DNA of 63,993 nucleotides, filler included, from Perkinsus olseni (Eukaryota): NCBI GenBank assembly GCA_013115125.1. It is 4 parts of 4 records of this genome, joined end to end, with 100 filler letters (N's around TTAATTAATTAA, not from the genome) between each part and the next. Parts side by side here need not be neighbours in the genome. Positions count along the whole stretch, not along the records: positions 1 to 16,838 come from JABANN010000666.1; 3 more parts are not named here. One strand, 5' to 3'. Shown piece by piece: positions 1 to 12,574 of this stretch (position 1 is its first letter; each line of letters starts with the position of its first letter). The notes under the pieces were generated by a model. It saw only the letters and a program-made list of their open reading frames with translations, ran no database searches and was not told where the DNA came from. The position numbers and the translations under genes were made by a program.

Positions 1-620
1 TCTCTCTAAAGGACGCCATAGGTGTTTCAAATTGAACAGTTCATTGATGTGGCTAGGCAAATAAGGGGGCCTAGAGTTATTGACAGAGCTGGCGACTGAG
101 CTGGCCTAGCAAGTTCAGCTGGAAGAATGTGCATCAGTACAGTACTAGTACTGTACTACTGATTCAGTAGTAATGGGCGACTGTCCCGGTAGGACAGGGG
201 AACAATGATGCTCACTAGACCTTAAGCGCCAGTGGAGAGTCGTAGGTAGCACCGCTATTCTTTGTAGACGACTCGTCTTTGATAGCCTATCATTAGTAGG
301 CCCAACGTCCGCTCCCACGGACGGACGCTTATGTCCGTTCCCAACGGTGTCACCGAGGAATATGTTATGGAAGAGTGCTGTGCATGGGACAGCAGCTTCA
401 GGGACATCGACGGCGGGTGAATGTGCGATCGTGTGCAACGATGCTTTAATTAGCCAAAAGAATATTACGGAAACACTACGCCGCTCGAGCCTTGCGCTGT
501 ATATCGGCTTCGCTCCGCTGCTGAACCCACGAATCTTTTCCCGCAGAGGTTCGACCCTCACACTCGTATACTCTGTCATGACGCCCACTTTCATCGTATA
601 CTGTATGTGAGCTGTGCACC

Positions 621-2678
621 GTGGGGCTTGAGGTTTGCCAACAGTTGACATATTTTGAACTGATGCCATACGGCAAAGTGTTCGGCCTCGATGGTAGTAA
701 GTATACCTATCGAGGATATATGGTACTCATCACATCCACTATGATTGCCTGCAGTCTACTACTAAACATCATAGCACTCTTTATCATATACTTCATAAAC
801 CATCGATACGTTGAAGCACCGATCATCAAGAGCGAGTCTTCGAGAGGGAAAGCTCACTGGGCATGGTCACTACTGGTGATAGTCATCAATGCCTGGTTGT
901 GTGTTGTCTTCTTGGTTGCCTACGTCCTCTTCGGAGCCTTCATCTTCGGTGATTGGCATGCCTGGATTTACTACGTAGTCGTGCCCATAGTTTACATCGT
1001 GTATACCATCATGGTTATTCTATTACGTAACAAGGGTGCCTGTTGTCGATGGTCCTTGGGTGTGTTGGGATATTTATTAGCGGTACAATGTTGGTTCATC
1101 ATACAGATCCCTACCATGTGGAGCTACACCAATCTTGTGTGGTTAGTTGGTATAGCAGCATCTATACCATTGATGATTAAGGTAGCTCACTCCTTTGGGT
1201 TGAGACCCATTCGAAAGTTATTGAAGAACCCCAAGTTCTATGCTGCTGAAGTTATCGCTCTCGGCATTGGTATATTATTTACCTACCTATCAGCCGGCTC
1301 CTGTGTTGCTGTTTACAACCCTGTTGCCCCTGGATGGTGGATACCCTTGGAAGGTACGTTGTTCTGGTCATCAAGACTCTTCCGTTCCTTCGGTTCGAGG
1401 CCATGCCCACATGGTCAACGTACTCCCTGTCATGTTTATCTCACTGCTGCTCAGAACATGAGTAGTGGTATGTTCGTCAACATACACACATCAACAGCCG
1501 TCAAGTCAATTGATGTTAGATACACCTCAGAAACGGGCACTGATGTTCTCACTGGGAGCATCACTGCCGACTACTTCGAAGTACCCCACTTGGATGAGCG
1601 TGATCAACGTAACGTTTATGCAGCCTACCTGCCCGATCTTCTACCAGACTCAGTGGTAACCTTCACTGTGGTGGCTGACGGCGACGAGTGGCCCGGAAAC
1701 TACACTTTCAAGACCGCTCCTCTAAGTGGCGAAGTCAAGTTTGTCATCGGGGGGGATGCTGGCACCTCGGAAGTCGTCGAAGAGATAAACAGTCACATTG
1801 GTGGACAATCCCCACTATTCGCGGTCAATGGTGGAGATGTAGCATATGATAACGGTATGTTCCCTTGTGCCTGTACTTGGGACCAATACCTCTGGGAGTG
1901 GTCTAAAGTGAAGACCGCGGAGGGTCATATGATACCACTTATATTTGCTATTGGAAATCATGATATCGGCGCGAATGACGACAATGACGGAGCTATCAAC
2001 AGCTTCATGGACCCTCGCCAGTGCGACAACTCTAAGCGGGAGAATGCTAGACCATTATACATCGCCTACTTCCCTTTTGAGGAGGTCAACGGCAAGGCAG
2101 CAGCAATCTGTGATAGGAGAGTTAATCACGTCCACACAGCGGGGACTGCTGTAACTCTTTGGTCTTTGGATTCAATGTACGCTGGTGGACCATTGGACGC
2201 TGTTAAGTTCGTGGACCAGAAGATGCCCAGTATGCAAGGACAGATCAACCACTTTGCCGTGTATCACGTGCCGATGTATTCAAACTCTGAAGTGGAGAAG
2301 AATGCTCACAACTCGATGAGGGAATACTGGCCATCGATGATACTTGATAAATACTCCTTTAAAGTTGGCTTTGAAAATCATGCGCACACCTTTAAAAGAA
2401 CGATGCCGATGACTAACAATAGCATAGCCAACAACGGTGTTGTTTATGTTGGAGATGGTAAATGGGGTACTACGGGTTCCCTTTTGCCAGCTGAAAGCTC
2501 GATTATGACTGGTAGACCTTTTGTTAAGTCGGGTATAGACCATCACGTATGGTATACTATTACAGATAGTAGTGGTAGAGTCGGTCTTACGGCCGTTAAT
2601 AACCACAATGATGTTATCGATCAACTCGACAATCATGACACTCTTCAATGGCAACTATCCCGCTGTCTATCAGCATAG
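621..2678 (+). CDS. Membrane-anchored metallophosphoesterase (purple acid phosphatase-like) with N-terminal multi-TM region; main exon, 5' exons lie upstream
   Basis: Long ORF with calcineurin-like motifs GGDAG, GGDVAYD, GNHD, YHVP and ENHAH, preceded by an FN3-like segment and several hydrophobic helices. A GT..AG intron at 607-644 joins an upstream exon (547-606), so the true start is further 5'. Confidence 0.85.
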   Translation: MGLEVCQQLTYFELMPYGKVFGLDGSKYTYRGYMVLITSTMIACSLLLNIIALFIIYFINHRYVEAPIIKSESSRGKAHWAWSLLVIVINAWLCVVFLVAYVLFGAFIFGDWHAWIYYVVVPIVYIVYTIMVILLRNKGACCRWSLGVLGYLLAVQCWFIIQIPTMWSYTNLVWLVGIAASIPLMIKVAHSFGLRPIRKLLKNPKFYAAEVIALGIGILFTYLSAGSCVAVYNPVAPGWWIPLEGTLFWSSRLFRSFGSRPCPHGQRTPCHVYLTAAQNMSSGMFVNIHTSTAVKSIDVRYTSETGTDVLTGSITADYFEVPHLDERDQRNVYAAYLPDLLPDSVVTFTVVADGDEWPGNYTFKTAPLSGEVKFVIGGDAGTSEVVEEINSHIGGQSPLFAVNGGDVAYDNGMFPCACTWDQYLWEWSKVKTAEGHMIPLIFAIGNHDIGANDDNDGAINSFMDPRQCDNSKRENARPLYIAYFPFEEVNGKAAAICDRRVNHVHTAGTAVTLWSLDSMYAGGPLDAVKFVDQKMPSMQGQINHFAVYHVPMYSNSEVEKNAHNSMREYWPSMILDKYSFKVGFENHAHTFKRTMPMTNNSIANNGVVYVGDGKWGTTGSLLPAESSIMTGRPFVKSGIDHHVWYTITDSSGRVGLTAVNNHNDVIDQLDNHDTLQWQLSRCLSA

Positions 2679-3108
2679 AGGTCGTGTATTTTCCATTCAA
2701 CGCGAATGAATCATTATAACATGAACATTGACAATCAGGTTTCCTTTCTTGGTATTGCAACTTTACCATACTTTCTTTCCGTCTTTCGACCTGCTAACAA
2801 CTTATTCTCTATCATTATGGTATGCTCGTGTTAATGACAATAACACAAGTGGAGGGTATTAAGGAACATTCAACAGCGCCGTCGACGATAGTTAGAAATC
2901 TGGTATTTGATACAAACTAATTCGCAGTCGCCAGCTTGATATCAATTCGTGGATGTAACTGGAAAAGCCGCCACTGTTATAGATTCTCATCAAATTCTGC
3001 TGCCATCCCTCAGCACTTGGATCGGAGGCCGCCGCCTCGACCCCCTTAGGATACCACCAAGGATGCCTCCTGTCAAAAAGCACTGATATTCATCACATAC
3101 AGATCCAC

Positions 3109-4209
3109 CTACTCTCTTATCCGGTTAACTGCATCGAATATTTCCTTATTCCTCAGCTCGGGCTTAACACCTTCGATATTCTCCACTTCACCATCGCTGA
3201 TGAGGCGGCGTAGCACCCCTGTCGTGAAGTGTTGGCAACATCGATCAATGGTCATACCTCCATCAACCATTACACCATTGTCGATCTTTCTAGTGGATTC
3301 CCAAACGTCGGACAGCCTAACATCATCCCCTTTGGATGGATACTTTGGCCCTTCCTCATTGAACTTCTCCCAGAAGGCTCGGTATCGGAACCATACTCCA
3401 CCATCAGCAGTCTTATCCAACAACAGATGTGATCCAATACCCGGGCAACCCCTCTCACAGGCCCCACGGTATTTCCGATCACTGTAGTCTGTATCGAAGG
3501 CTATAACAGTATGTCGAGCCCCCATGAACCATCCTATCATACCCAACTTGGCCGACCTTGATATCTCCCTTGCTGAGTGCAATAAAGGCCAGAAGGCTCT
3601 CGGATTCTGATGCCATATTTCGCTTAAAGTAGGTAAAGGGCCTGGTAAATAGTGTTGACAGTAGACAGGAACACATCTCATCGTCTTTTTATGACGACTA
3701 TTACTGTTGGCGTACACTTGTAGAGGTCTAGGTATAGGAGCGGTAGTATACAATCTACCTTCATGCATGAATACTTCACGCTCACCATTATACAGCGGCC
3801 AGGAAAGCTTGATCTCTACGACCAAAGGATCATCATCTCCTGACTTCAGAGGGTATCGAACAAGTGACCGGATGCTCTCCACTTTGTCAGGATCATCGAA
3901 GTCATCACCAGTGAGACCATTCCAGAAGCCTCGAGGGTCGTCCACCTTTGCCACGACTTCCGGCCCTGCCACGCACCCTATTGTGCTAGTGCCTCCACTA
4001 TACGACGCCCCATCATGGAGCTCTTCAGCCTCGGCCTTACCCAAGGGTAACTGTCGTATCTCTTCCATCACTCCAGTGACACATCTATCAAGTGCCTCGT
4101 CGGTATCGGAATAGATCAGTCGCTCAGTTGCATCATCTTCTATTTTAACACACAGATGTCTCTTTAATGTCCCAACGGAAGGTAAAGGATCAATAAAAAG
4201 CGACGCCAT
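3109..4209 (-). CDS. Intronless hypothetical protein (366 aa)
   Basis: ATG-started 366-codon ORF with protein-like composition and a TTCAG acceptor-like site just upstream. No family recognised with confidence. Confidence 0.6.
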   Translation of the reverse strand: MASLFIDPLPSVGTLKRHLCVKIEDDATERLIYSDTDEALDRCVTGVMEEIRQLPLGKAEAEELHDGASYSGGTSTIGCVAGPEVVAKVDDPRGFWNGLTGDDFDDPDKVESIRSLVRYPLKSGDDDPLVVEIKLSWPLYNGEREVFMHEGRLYTTAPIPRPLQVYANSNSRHKKTMRCVPVYCQHYLPGPLPTLSEIWHQNPRAFWPLLHSAREISRSAKLGMIGWFMGARHTVIAFDTDYSDRKYRGACERGCPGIGSHLLLDKTADGGVWFRYRAFWEKFNEEGPKYPSKGDDVRLSDVWESTRKIDNGVMVDGGMTIDRCCQHFTTGVLRRLISDGEVENIEGVKPELRNKEIFDAVNRIRE

Positions 4210-4718
4210 GTACTGAACAATACAAAACTAGCAAAGATGCTGTCATAACAACAACATGATGATGATGATGATGATGAAGATATTGACCAGCCTTCTGACC
4301 GGAACGAGACATGACCTCACTCGTACGGCTGCCAAGACGATCATTCTAATTATTATGAGCTTCTCGTTATCACTAACGATGTTTGGTCTTGAGGACAGAT
4401 CCATCAACGACCGTCGAAGAAGCTTTGCTATAGTGTAGATGAAGGGCGACAAGGTGGTGATTAAGATCTCTACACCAACACCCAATCGAAGTCATCAATC
4501 TCTGTGGACCACGTATCTGGCCGACGGAGCTGCCTTAGACTACGTCAGACTTATAAATGGTCGGCAATGTTGACGTAATAGACTACGTCGCAATGGAGCC
4601 GAGCAGTTGAATCACGGCGAGGTTGTTCAATCCACGCAATACAACTGCACGCGTGCGCAACGAGACGCTAGCTCCCCACTAAAACGCAACACTCGAGTCA
4701 GGGATACGTTTTGGTAAG

Positions 4719-6231
4719 TCAACCGCCCATTTGCTCATCCTCATCCGCCGCCGCAGGATCGATCGGCTGGCCGAATTCTGAAACCATCGCATGCCGATAC
4801 TAGGAATCGAACCGGGGACTTACCCTGCTCCCATTTGCCTAGATCCTCATAAAGCCTTATCCACTTCTCTTTGAAGACTTTGATAGCTGCCATCACGATG
4901 TCCTCTGGTGGTCTTGCACCAGTCGACTCAACAGTAAAGTGAACCTGCAAATCTTCAGGTTTGGGCCAACTGGAATAAATTCGACGATGAACCCACCACA
5001 TCAGTCCTTTGCTTCACCGTAATCATGCCCTTGGCTTGGAAATCATAGTTCGCCCTAGTCACGCATTCATCGCAAAAACTGAGAATTAGAGAACTTGAAA
5101 TCTTGCGGTTCCTCAACGTTGCCTCACTCGCAGAGATCCTTTCTCACGACTTGAATACGATCGGCTGCATCCAAGTCTAATACCCTCTTCGGACATGATC
5201 TCACCACAGCTTTCCTTTGGGCCACCGATAACTTCTCGTACTCTATCGCTCTATCTATCGTTATCACAGGCTCATACTAACGATGATAGTAATAAGCAAG
5301 GTCAAACTCGAAGGGGAAAAGTTATTACTCTGATGGCAACGGTGCCGGTAGGATTCCATTTAGCATGCATTTTACCAACACCCTTCCGTGCCTCCATGTG
5401 CATCGTCAATTGCTGATTCCTTCGCAGTTTAGCGATAACAATACCATTACGTCTCTGCGGAGGAGACAATAGCCAAGAGGTACCGACAACGGCAACAACA
5501 CTACATTCTCCTCCTCAGTTTTGCTCCTGTCCCATAATGGGACTGGCAGAGGCCTCCTAGATTCGGGTATCGATGTACCTACCGATACCATACCATTCCC
5601 TACTAATGATGAGTGGAGCTTATATTTTTATTACCCTGGTCTACTGGCTGAATATCTAAATGTGTGACATCTGTTACACCATGGTCCTCTGCTATAACAT
5701 CCAAAGTGTATCTGTATTATTGTTGTTAGTACCCTAACAAGCGTTTACGTCTCAACTTACTTGACGGTACAGTTGGGACAGGAGGAATAACATTGACAAT
5801 CTTTGGGGTCACTATAGCTGTCCACTTCCTTCGAGTTGATCGGCAGTAACCCCAACCGATGGGCTATGAACTACACAACAACGCATGCGAGCACTTCAAG
5901 ATGACCCGGGATGCAACTAATACTACCTCGTCAAAGAGAGGACTGCTATTCTCCTCAATCGTAACCGTATCAATGGCCAATGTCGGCACCTGAGACAGCT
6001 CCCTCGTCATCATGACCAACGGCAACAGAGCCCTGAGTGTGGTACCTCCGCTATCATTATTCTCCTCAATGCGTTGGCTATTGCCTGATTGGCATTGAAC
6101 ATGGTGAATTTGATGAGCTCAGGCGTAAGAAGAGTGACCTGAAGATTGTACCTAGGCTGATGATCATCCCCCTGTTCTATTACCTCAATCACCGGCATTG
6201 GCGGAGGACTCTTCTTACTGGATGATGCCAT
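4719..6231 (-). CDS. RPB3: DNA-directed RNA polymerase II subunit RPB3 (multi-exon)
   Basis: Spliced exons read IANALRRIMIAE|VPTLAID..EENSSPLFDE|FIAHRLGLLP..DCQCYSSCPNC (RPB3-type Zn loop)..ARKGVGKMHAKWNPT..VHFTVESTGARPPEDIV. ATG at 6231, stop at 4719. Confidence 0.93.
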
Positions 6232-6787
6232 TAGGATAAAGGCACAGCAAACACCACCACTACAAGCCGGACGATGGTCTTTGAGGACTCCAACACAAAA
6301 AGACGGAGTCAATTCGCATGGACGTCGATACAAGTGTAATATAACATGGCCGATCATATTCTTCGTATCGGTTCCCAATTATTCGCGGGTTCCTCGAGGA
6401 ATGGTATCCACTCCTCGCTGCTGGGCCATTTCTCTAGCATGACTGGCTTGGTCCTCCAAAGCCCTGAGCCACGGTGACTCCTCTGTGTGTCGATAAGTCG
6501 GTAGTAGTGAGCCCGCAGAATCGAGGGAAGCCCGGCAGGGGACACCCTGATAACACATCAACTCAGTAGTCTCGCCACATCACTGTTTAAACGCACGACC
6601 CAGTTATAACCTCTTCCCTGAGTGCCCTTTCTCGATCGCTGGTCTCTGCCCGCATAGCATCTAAAGTCTTTGCTAACTGGCCATACTTGCTGCCCTCCAC
6701 CCTCTCCTCCTCTTCCTCTTCTCCGCTATCATCCTTACCCAATAGCACAGCCCAGAACATCAGCTGTGCCTTGTACTCTTCGAAATA

Positions 6788-7408
6788 CTAAAGGGAGAGG
6801 TTCTTCCTCGCATAGCAAGTATGGAATGAATCTGCTGCTGCTGATGATACCTGTGTCTGACCGCCCATGATATCCATTGCTAACAGTTTCCTGTCGCGCT
6901 TCACAATTTCCAAAGATTCCTTCTCCGACGACTTGGGCAGTTCAACAACTTTCAAATCCGCTAAACGGACTGCTACTAGACCGATATCACGAGGGGTACT
7001 GAAGATCCGCTCATCCCTGCAATAACAAGATACTATGATACTACGCAATGCCTTAGAATACCTTGCCATGAGGCACAAGGCTAGCTCATTAATTCGATGA
7101 CAATCCTTGGGCAACTTCAATTCAAATGTGTTCAGCCATTTACCCTCACGGTTGACTACACTCCGGCATCGAGCCAATGCCTGTCCCGCTTCTAGAGCTT
7201 CTCGAGCCTGCACAAGTGAAGCCTGGCGGAATGGACCGCGCCACCACCACCCAGTACTACCATCTCGCATGTAATCCCTGCCGTAGCTGGGCATCTTAGG
7301 ACAAATATTTCCACGAAAGGGTCGACCGGTAGAGGCTGCCAGAATGTTGCCAAGTCCAATATAGCCGATTGGGTTGGCAACCCGACCGCTACTGCGAGAT
7401 GTACCCAT
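6788..7408 (-). CDS. Large exon of a hypothetical protein (gene(s) spanning roughly 6.4-8.6 kb)
   Basis: 206-codon ORF with protein-like text and neighbouring minus-strand exon-like ORFs (7784-8017, 8250-8537). Model unresolved. Confidence 0.4.
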   Translation of the reverse strand: MGTSRSSGRVANPIGYIGLGNILAASTGRPFRGNICPKMPSYGRDYMRDGSTGWWWRGPFRQASLVQAREALEAGQALARCRSVVNREGKWLNTFELKLPKDCHRINELALCLMARYSKALRSIIVSCYCRDERIFSTPRDIGLVAVRLADLKVVELPKSSEKESLEIVKRDRKLLAMDIMGGQTQVSSAAADSFHTCYARKNLSL

Positions 7409-8945
7409 AGAACGAATGGCTCACGAGGAGGAGGAGACATCTACAAGGACGCATTACTAAAGGAGGCCATCTACTATAACCTCGGATACTTTTCTAGGAC
7501 GTAGCTGATACGCTTCGGGTGATGGAGGCTTCTTTTTCTTCTTGCGCATCGCTCCTATCATCCTGTCAGCAGCCACGGGGTCTGCCTTGGCACCCGTATA
7601 GGGACTCACCCAGTTGTAACTAATGACAACGTAGCCTCATACTACCATAATCATTGATGCACACCACAAAGTGGCCAGTACGACTAGATTCGCTTTAGCT
7701 GATGTGTTAACAGCTCATCATCATCGAGACAATATGTCCCAAGATAGCGATCCTACTCTTATGAAACAGCTACAATAGTATTACTACCCCCGAAACAGCG
7801 GACTTGGGTTATCATCCTCGACCCCCGTGTGATATGATGGCAGCACTTCGGCGGGGCCGAATAGCCTGTTGAAGATTGAGTCTGTGCGCTTCCGTCGATT
7901 CTCGGCTCTATCTTGCTCGATCAGCTCTCGAGCTTTACGAGCTGCCACCTTGAGAAGAGCATCCAAGGTCGATCGAAGATGATACCGAATAGGTTCGCTG
8001 AGTAAGCACCTTCTCATTGTCTACTCCTCTCTCTTTACACGCCTTCTTCCAAGCTTTCTCTGCCTCCGGGTCCAACAGTTCAACCTGCTGCCCGCAGGTG
8101 AGCATGGTCTGCCATCCACAGGTACTACCGTAAGCCTGAGTGGGCGCTGCTTCATGGCCTTGACGAATGCATAGGGGTCCTCAAAGTCGGCTACATGGAT
8201 GCCATTGACCTACAACCCTCCATCAGAGTTGGTCATCATCATCACATCCTCAGCATACATGAGTTATCCTATCCCCTGCCGCCAAACCTGTATTGGCCGC
8301 CCAGGTACCACGAGAGACGTATCCTATCTGAAGGGTAGTGTGGCAGCTGCATGGAGAGGAGAAGACGATGACCTCTATCCCTTGCTCCCTCTGTAGTGTT
8401 GATAATGGAGGAAGGGTATTAGGCCGAATACCAAGTATACTCGGAGCCGTACCACAGTCAGCAGTTAAATGGACGACAGTCAGGGGAGGAGACGAGTATG
8501 ATGAGGACGAGGGAGAGGACGAGGACGAGGGGGCCAACTAGTTATGGGGTTTGCGGAAGAATGGAAATGAATATCGACAGCCGACAAATTGTCGAATTCA
8601 CGTAAATGCGAAATGTTTATGCGCTCGCCTTGAAGTGTACGTGTACGTTTAGACTGTGCACCCGTTGTAATACAGCGGTTGTATCACTACATATTTAACC
8701 CCGTGGCTTCGCGAGGACGGGAGACATCTGGTAGAGCTACTTGCAATCATTAGAATCGGCTACTATATGCTTACGAGCGATTGGCTGTTAAGCTTGGAGT
8801 GCCCAGCTTTAACAAGTCAACAGACAGAGTCTATCCGTGTATTGGTGCATCGGATTGTTGGTATTTTAGAAAATGATCCGCGTGAGGATTGGTCGCCACT
8901 TGAGTACGTATAGGGCTGCCCCACCCACTTTTTGCTCCAACCGTA

Positions 8946-9479
8946 ATGATCTCTACGGGCCGCATCCTCTTCAATGACGTCCTTGTTATGAGCACGTCAT
9001 CAACTATACCAGGCTATAAAATAGTTAAAACTCTCGGTCTAGTGAGTGGGAGTAACTACAGACAGATTTGCCTGGTATGAAGGCGACCTCATCACTGATA
9101 GGTACGGTACGAACGCGCGATGCCTTGAAGGATATTCGGTCGGGCCTTCAAAGCTTATTCGGCGGGGAACTAGACCAGTACACAACACTGATGCACGAGA
9201 GCCGTGGGGCCGTCTGGAGGCGATAGACAGAATGAAAGAGGTTTGACCGCGACTGTTACTCGGCTGATAATGTCTATCATATCTGCTGAGTCAGGAGTCA
9301 TAAGTCGGCGCATAGTCGAGCCTTCTCAGGCCACTCTATCTAAAGGTGGAAATGCTGTCATCGGTGTGAGATTTAACTCCTCCAATATTGCAGCAAGTGC
9401 ATGTGAGGTTATGGTTTATGGCACCGCAGTGGCTGTCGACGAGGGAGCGGTTAAAGGGAGTAAGGACTCGGATAAATGA
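8946..9479 (+). CDS. YbjQ/UPF0145 heavy-metal-binding family protein (spliced)
   Basis: Exons give STSSTIPGYKIVKTLGLVSG..DIRSGLQSLFGGELDQYTTLM..GGNAVIGVRFNSS..EVMVYGTAVAV, all hallmark YbjQ motifs. Confidence 0.85.
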
Positions 9480-9732
9480 TTTTCGATATGTGATTGATTG
9501 AATGTTTCCAGTACATCCCCAGTAAGTTGTATTGCAGTGCCTGAAAGAGTGTGTTAGCTTGCTACGCGACCTGTGGTACTCGGTAATACTCAGCCCGCTC
9601 AGTGAATGTACGGAGTTGGTACTAGCAAGTGAGCTGACCAAGTCTGATCGCCTTGCTCTAGTACAGATTAGCGGTAGCAAAAGTAGTATGGTTCTCAGCA
9701 ACCTCAATGAAACATGGAGTTGAGCTTCAACG

Positions 9733-9808
9733 TGGACGTACCGGGATTTGAACCCGGGGCCTTCTGCCCCTTCTGTTAGCAGACGTGATACCACTACACC
9801 ATACGCCC
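9733..9808 (-). tRNA. tRNA-Val(AAC)-like gene with aberrant 11-nt anticodon loop (probable pseudo-tRNA)
   Basis: Minus strand reads GGGCGTA TG GTGT AGTGGTA TCAC G TCTGC TAACAGAAGGG GCAGA AGGCC CCGGG TTCAAAT CCCGG TACGTCC A. Acceptor, D, anticodon and T stems all pair, and A and B boxes are intact. Confidence 0.8.
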
Positions 9809-10283
9809 CAGTGACAATTGACTCTGAAGAACCCTGTCCCTACACGATGCGGCTCTTACAGTTCATACTCCATACATATGAGACGATCACTTAAGTCTCA
9901 TACGATGAAATACTATCATTCCCAAGCCCGAGAGGCGATCACTCTGGTCTCATCGCTCATTCAGCGGCTATGATTGTCACTGTGTTGGTATCGGTGTCGG
10001 TGTCACCAGGACACAGTTCATTACTCTTCGGTAGGGCAGTAGACAATTTCGTTTTTGCGTATTAATTCCCACCAACTTCGAACTCATCAACACCTGAATG
10101 ACGGAAACAGATCACTAGAATATACAGAGAATAACTCAGACAGCTACATGAGATGCTCGTGTATCCCAAATGTCTCAACGGCAAATTAAAGCAGTAGTGT
10201 AGAATCGATCGAGAAAAAAGAACCATACTGCCTCGAGCTCGCGGCTAAGAGAAATGATTCGTAAATAAGGAAATTTGGTTCGT

Positions 10284-11620
10284 TCAAGACCAATGAGGCG
10301 TCTCGAGGTCTGTCGGTGTCCCTTGCTTGACCGACTCGGGATGAGCTCCTCCATTAGCGCCTCTTTCCTGCTCGTCTGAGCCTTCAGGCTTTTGTACCCG
10401 TTTGGTTATCTTAATGTAGAGAACTTCTAAGATGACGGTAGCAGTCGCTATGATGGGGAAGATGAAGCCAGCAAAGCCGCCTATCAAAGCAAGGACCTGG
10501 AATAGTTCATTGATACAGCGGTGGCTAGGGCATCATGTACATCAGATACAGATAATGCCAACCCAGTGGTGACGACTGTCGCGAACTGCGACGTTGTGAA
10601 ATGCAAGTCAGCCGAGCCTACAATGACAGATACTGGGTAGGAATTGGAAGAGCCGAGACGCTGACCTCCGGAGGATTCTAGTATATTACTCCGACCGCTA
10701 TACGAGACGCCTTCCAATCGGGGTAGCTGCGAGAAATGAGGAGTTATTGGGGAAGAAGGTAGCAATTATCACAACTCACTTCCGCCTTCGTTTCATCGCT
10801 ACCCTTGTCCCTCCTCACGGTGAGACCGACCGTCACAAATTTAGAGTGCCCGAATTGGATCTAGGTAGAACGAAGCATCAGGGGCGAAGTACCGCGAGGA
10901 GCTTACCTCAATCCAAGATATCTCGCCAGCGGGCTGACCGTTTTTATCCGGGGTTTGCAGGCCAATAAATGCTCGTCCAGGCTGACGAGGATGAGGTCAA
11001 AAGAATCCACCTCCACATTATACCTACCTGCCCGCCGTCCTCGGAACTGCTATCGATCCAGTTAATCCTGACGAAGGCACCTGAGGAGGCCGTGTGGCCC
11101 TGGTGAGCTGTAGATGGGGTACTTGCCATTAGGGCTGATAGGCGAGTTTATGGTAGGGCAAACCTTGAGGGTCCTATTCACGGGATTCAACCATCGTATA
11201 GAGGGAGGGTCCACCGACTCACAATTTGGGAACCTGTGATACGCCGATGGCTTTGCAGCCAAGGTAACGATTACCCTCACCTTTGGATATCATAATTCCA
11301 GTATACCTCCCATGGACCAACACATCCATCACTCTTATCACATTGGAAGTAGAGGAAGATATCCATCGGTTTGAAGGAAGCAATATCTTCCAATGTAACC
11401 TCCTCTTGCGGTACCTATTACACAGCATGGGGACGAGCAGTAGGCCGCCGATGGTACATACCTGATTAGCGAACCTGATGAAGGTAATAGTGGTGTAAAT
11501 GGCAATAGCAGCTATGAAGACTATAAGCGCTAAGATGTGAGCTGAAGGACACTTCACGTCCTCCTCAACTGCTGCCTTGAAGGGTGAGTACGTATTCACG
11601 TGATCTTTCAATACGACCAT
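10284..11620 (-). CDS. Hypothetical two-TM membrane protein (multi-exon)
   Basis: N-terminal TM (HILALIVFIAAIAIYTTITFIRF), several short exons, and a C-terminal TM (QVLALIGGFAGFIFPIIATATVIL) followed by a stop at 10284. Confidence 0.55.
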
Positions 11621-12574
11621 AAGAGGGCAAGCAGCAAGGTTCTACGTCGGGGGGCTGCCCATGATGATATTGACGGTAATAACAATAAAACACATGAGTA
11701 AGTGGAAAGCTCTAATAGATAGCAAATAGTAGTAATACTAGTAATGATGATGATGATTATAGTAATAGGTGTGACGATACCCGCCGAAGATTGTCCTGCA
11801 GGATGAGGTTAGCAGAGTCAATCATAGATGATGACGAGAACTCCTCAGTTTACTCAGACTCCACGTGAATTGATATGAGCTTACTGACATGATGATAATG
11901 GTGGTTGTTGTTATTATAAGAGTGATAGTCAGTAGCTCCGCAAAAGGCAACTATAATTTATAGTCAACACCATCTATGCTTATACAACACCCAAAAAATG
12001 TTACTTTCGATAAGAAATAAAATGATGAGGGAGAGGAGGAAAGGCAGACTTTATTAACCTAGAAGGGTTTTGTAATTACTATCATTAGTAGCACTAGAGG
12101 GATACCACAGTACTGCTGCTACTACGTCGTCTATAGCCCCTCCTCTGGACTCCCCTCGGAGCAGTAGTACAGTCAACCACACCCCAGGTCTTATAGAGGG
12201 ATATCCTCTTTGGTGGATCATCCTTGTAGTACTTCATCTCAATAACATCACGACTGAACCTCACCGGACGCGTTGTAGACGATGATGATGACGTTCTACT
12301 GGTTGTGGAAGCAACAGTATTGCCATCATCGTCATCATACTCATAGTAATAATAGTAGCAGTTTGATTGATGGTCATCACCTTTGCAACCCATGGAAGAT
12401 GCTTATCAATCACTGACCAAACACGATCATCATCATGACCAGTCACGACACTCAGTCGACAAGAACAACATAACAGCAGTGTGAGAAGCGAGAAGTTAAG
12501 ATTATAATGCATGCAAAACCTAGTGAATGACAATAATGATATCCTGCTGGACGGCCCTGTTGCAGATGCTGATA

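Noticed and set aside
145-669. 174-aa minus-strand ORF and many other short antisense ORFs in the track
   Set aside because: Shadow frames of spliced genes with no recognisable protein features.
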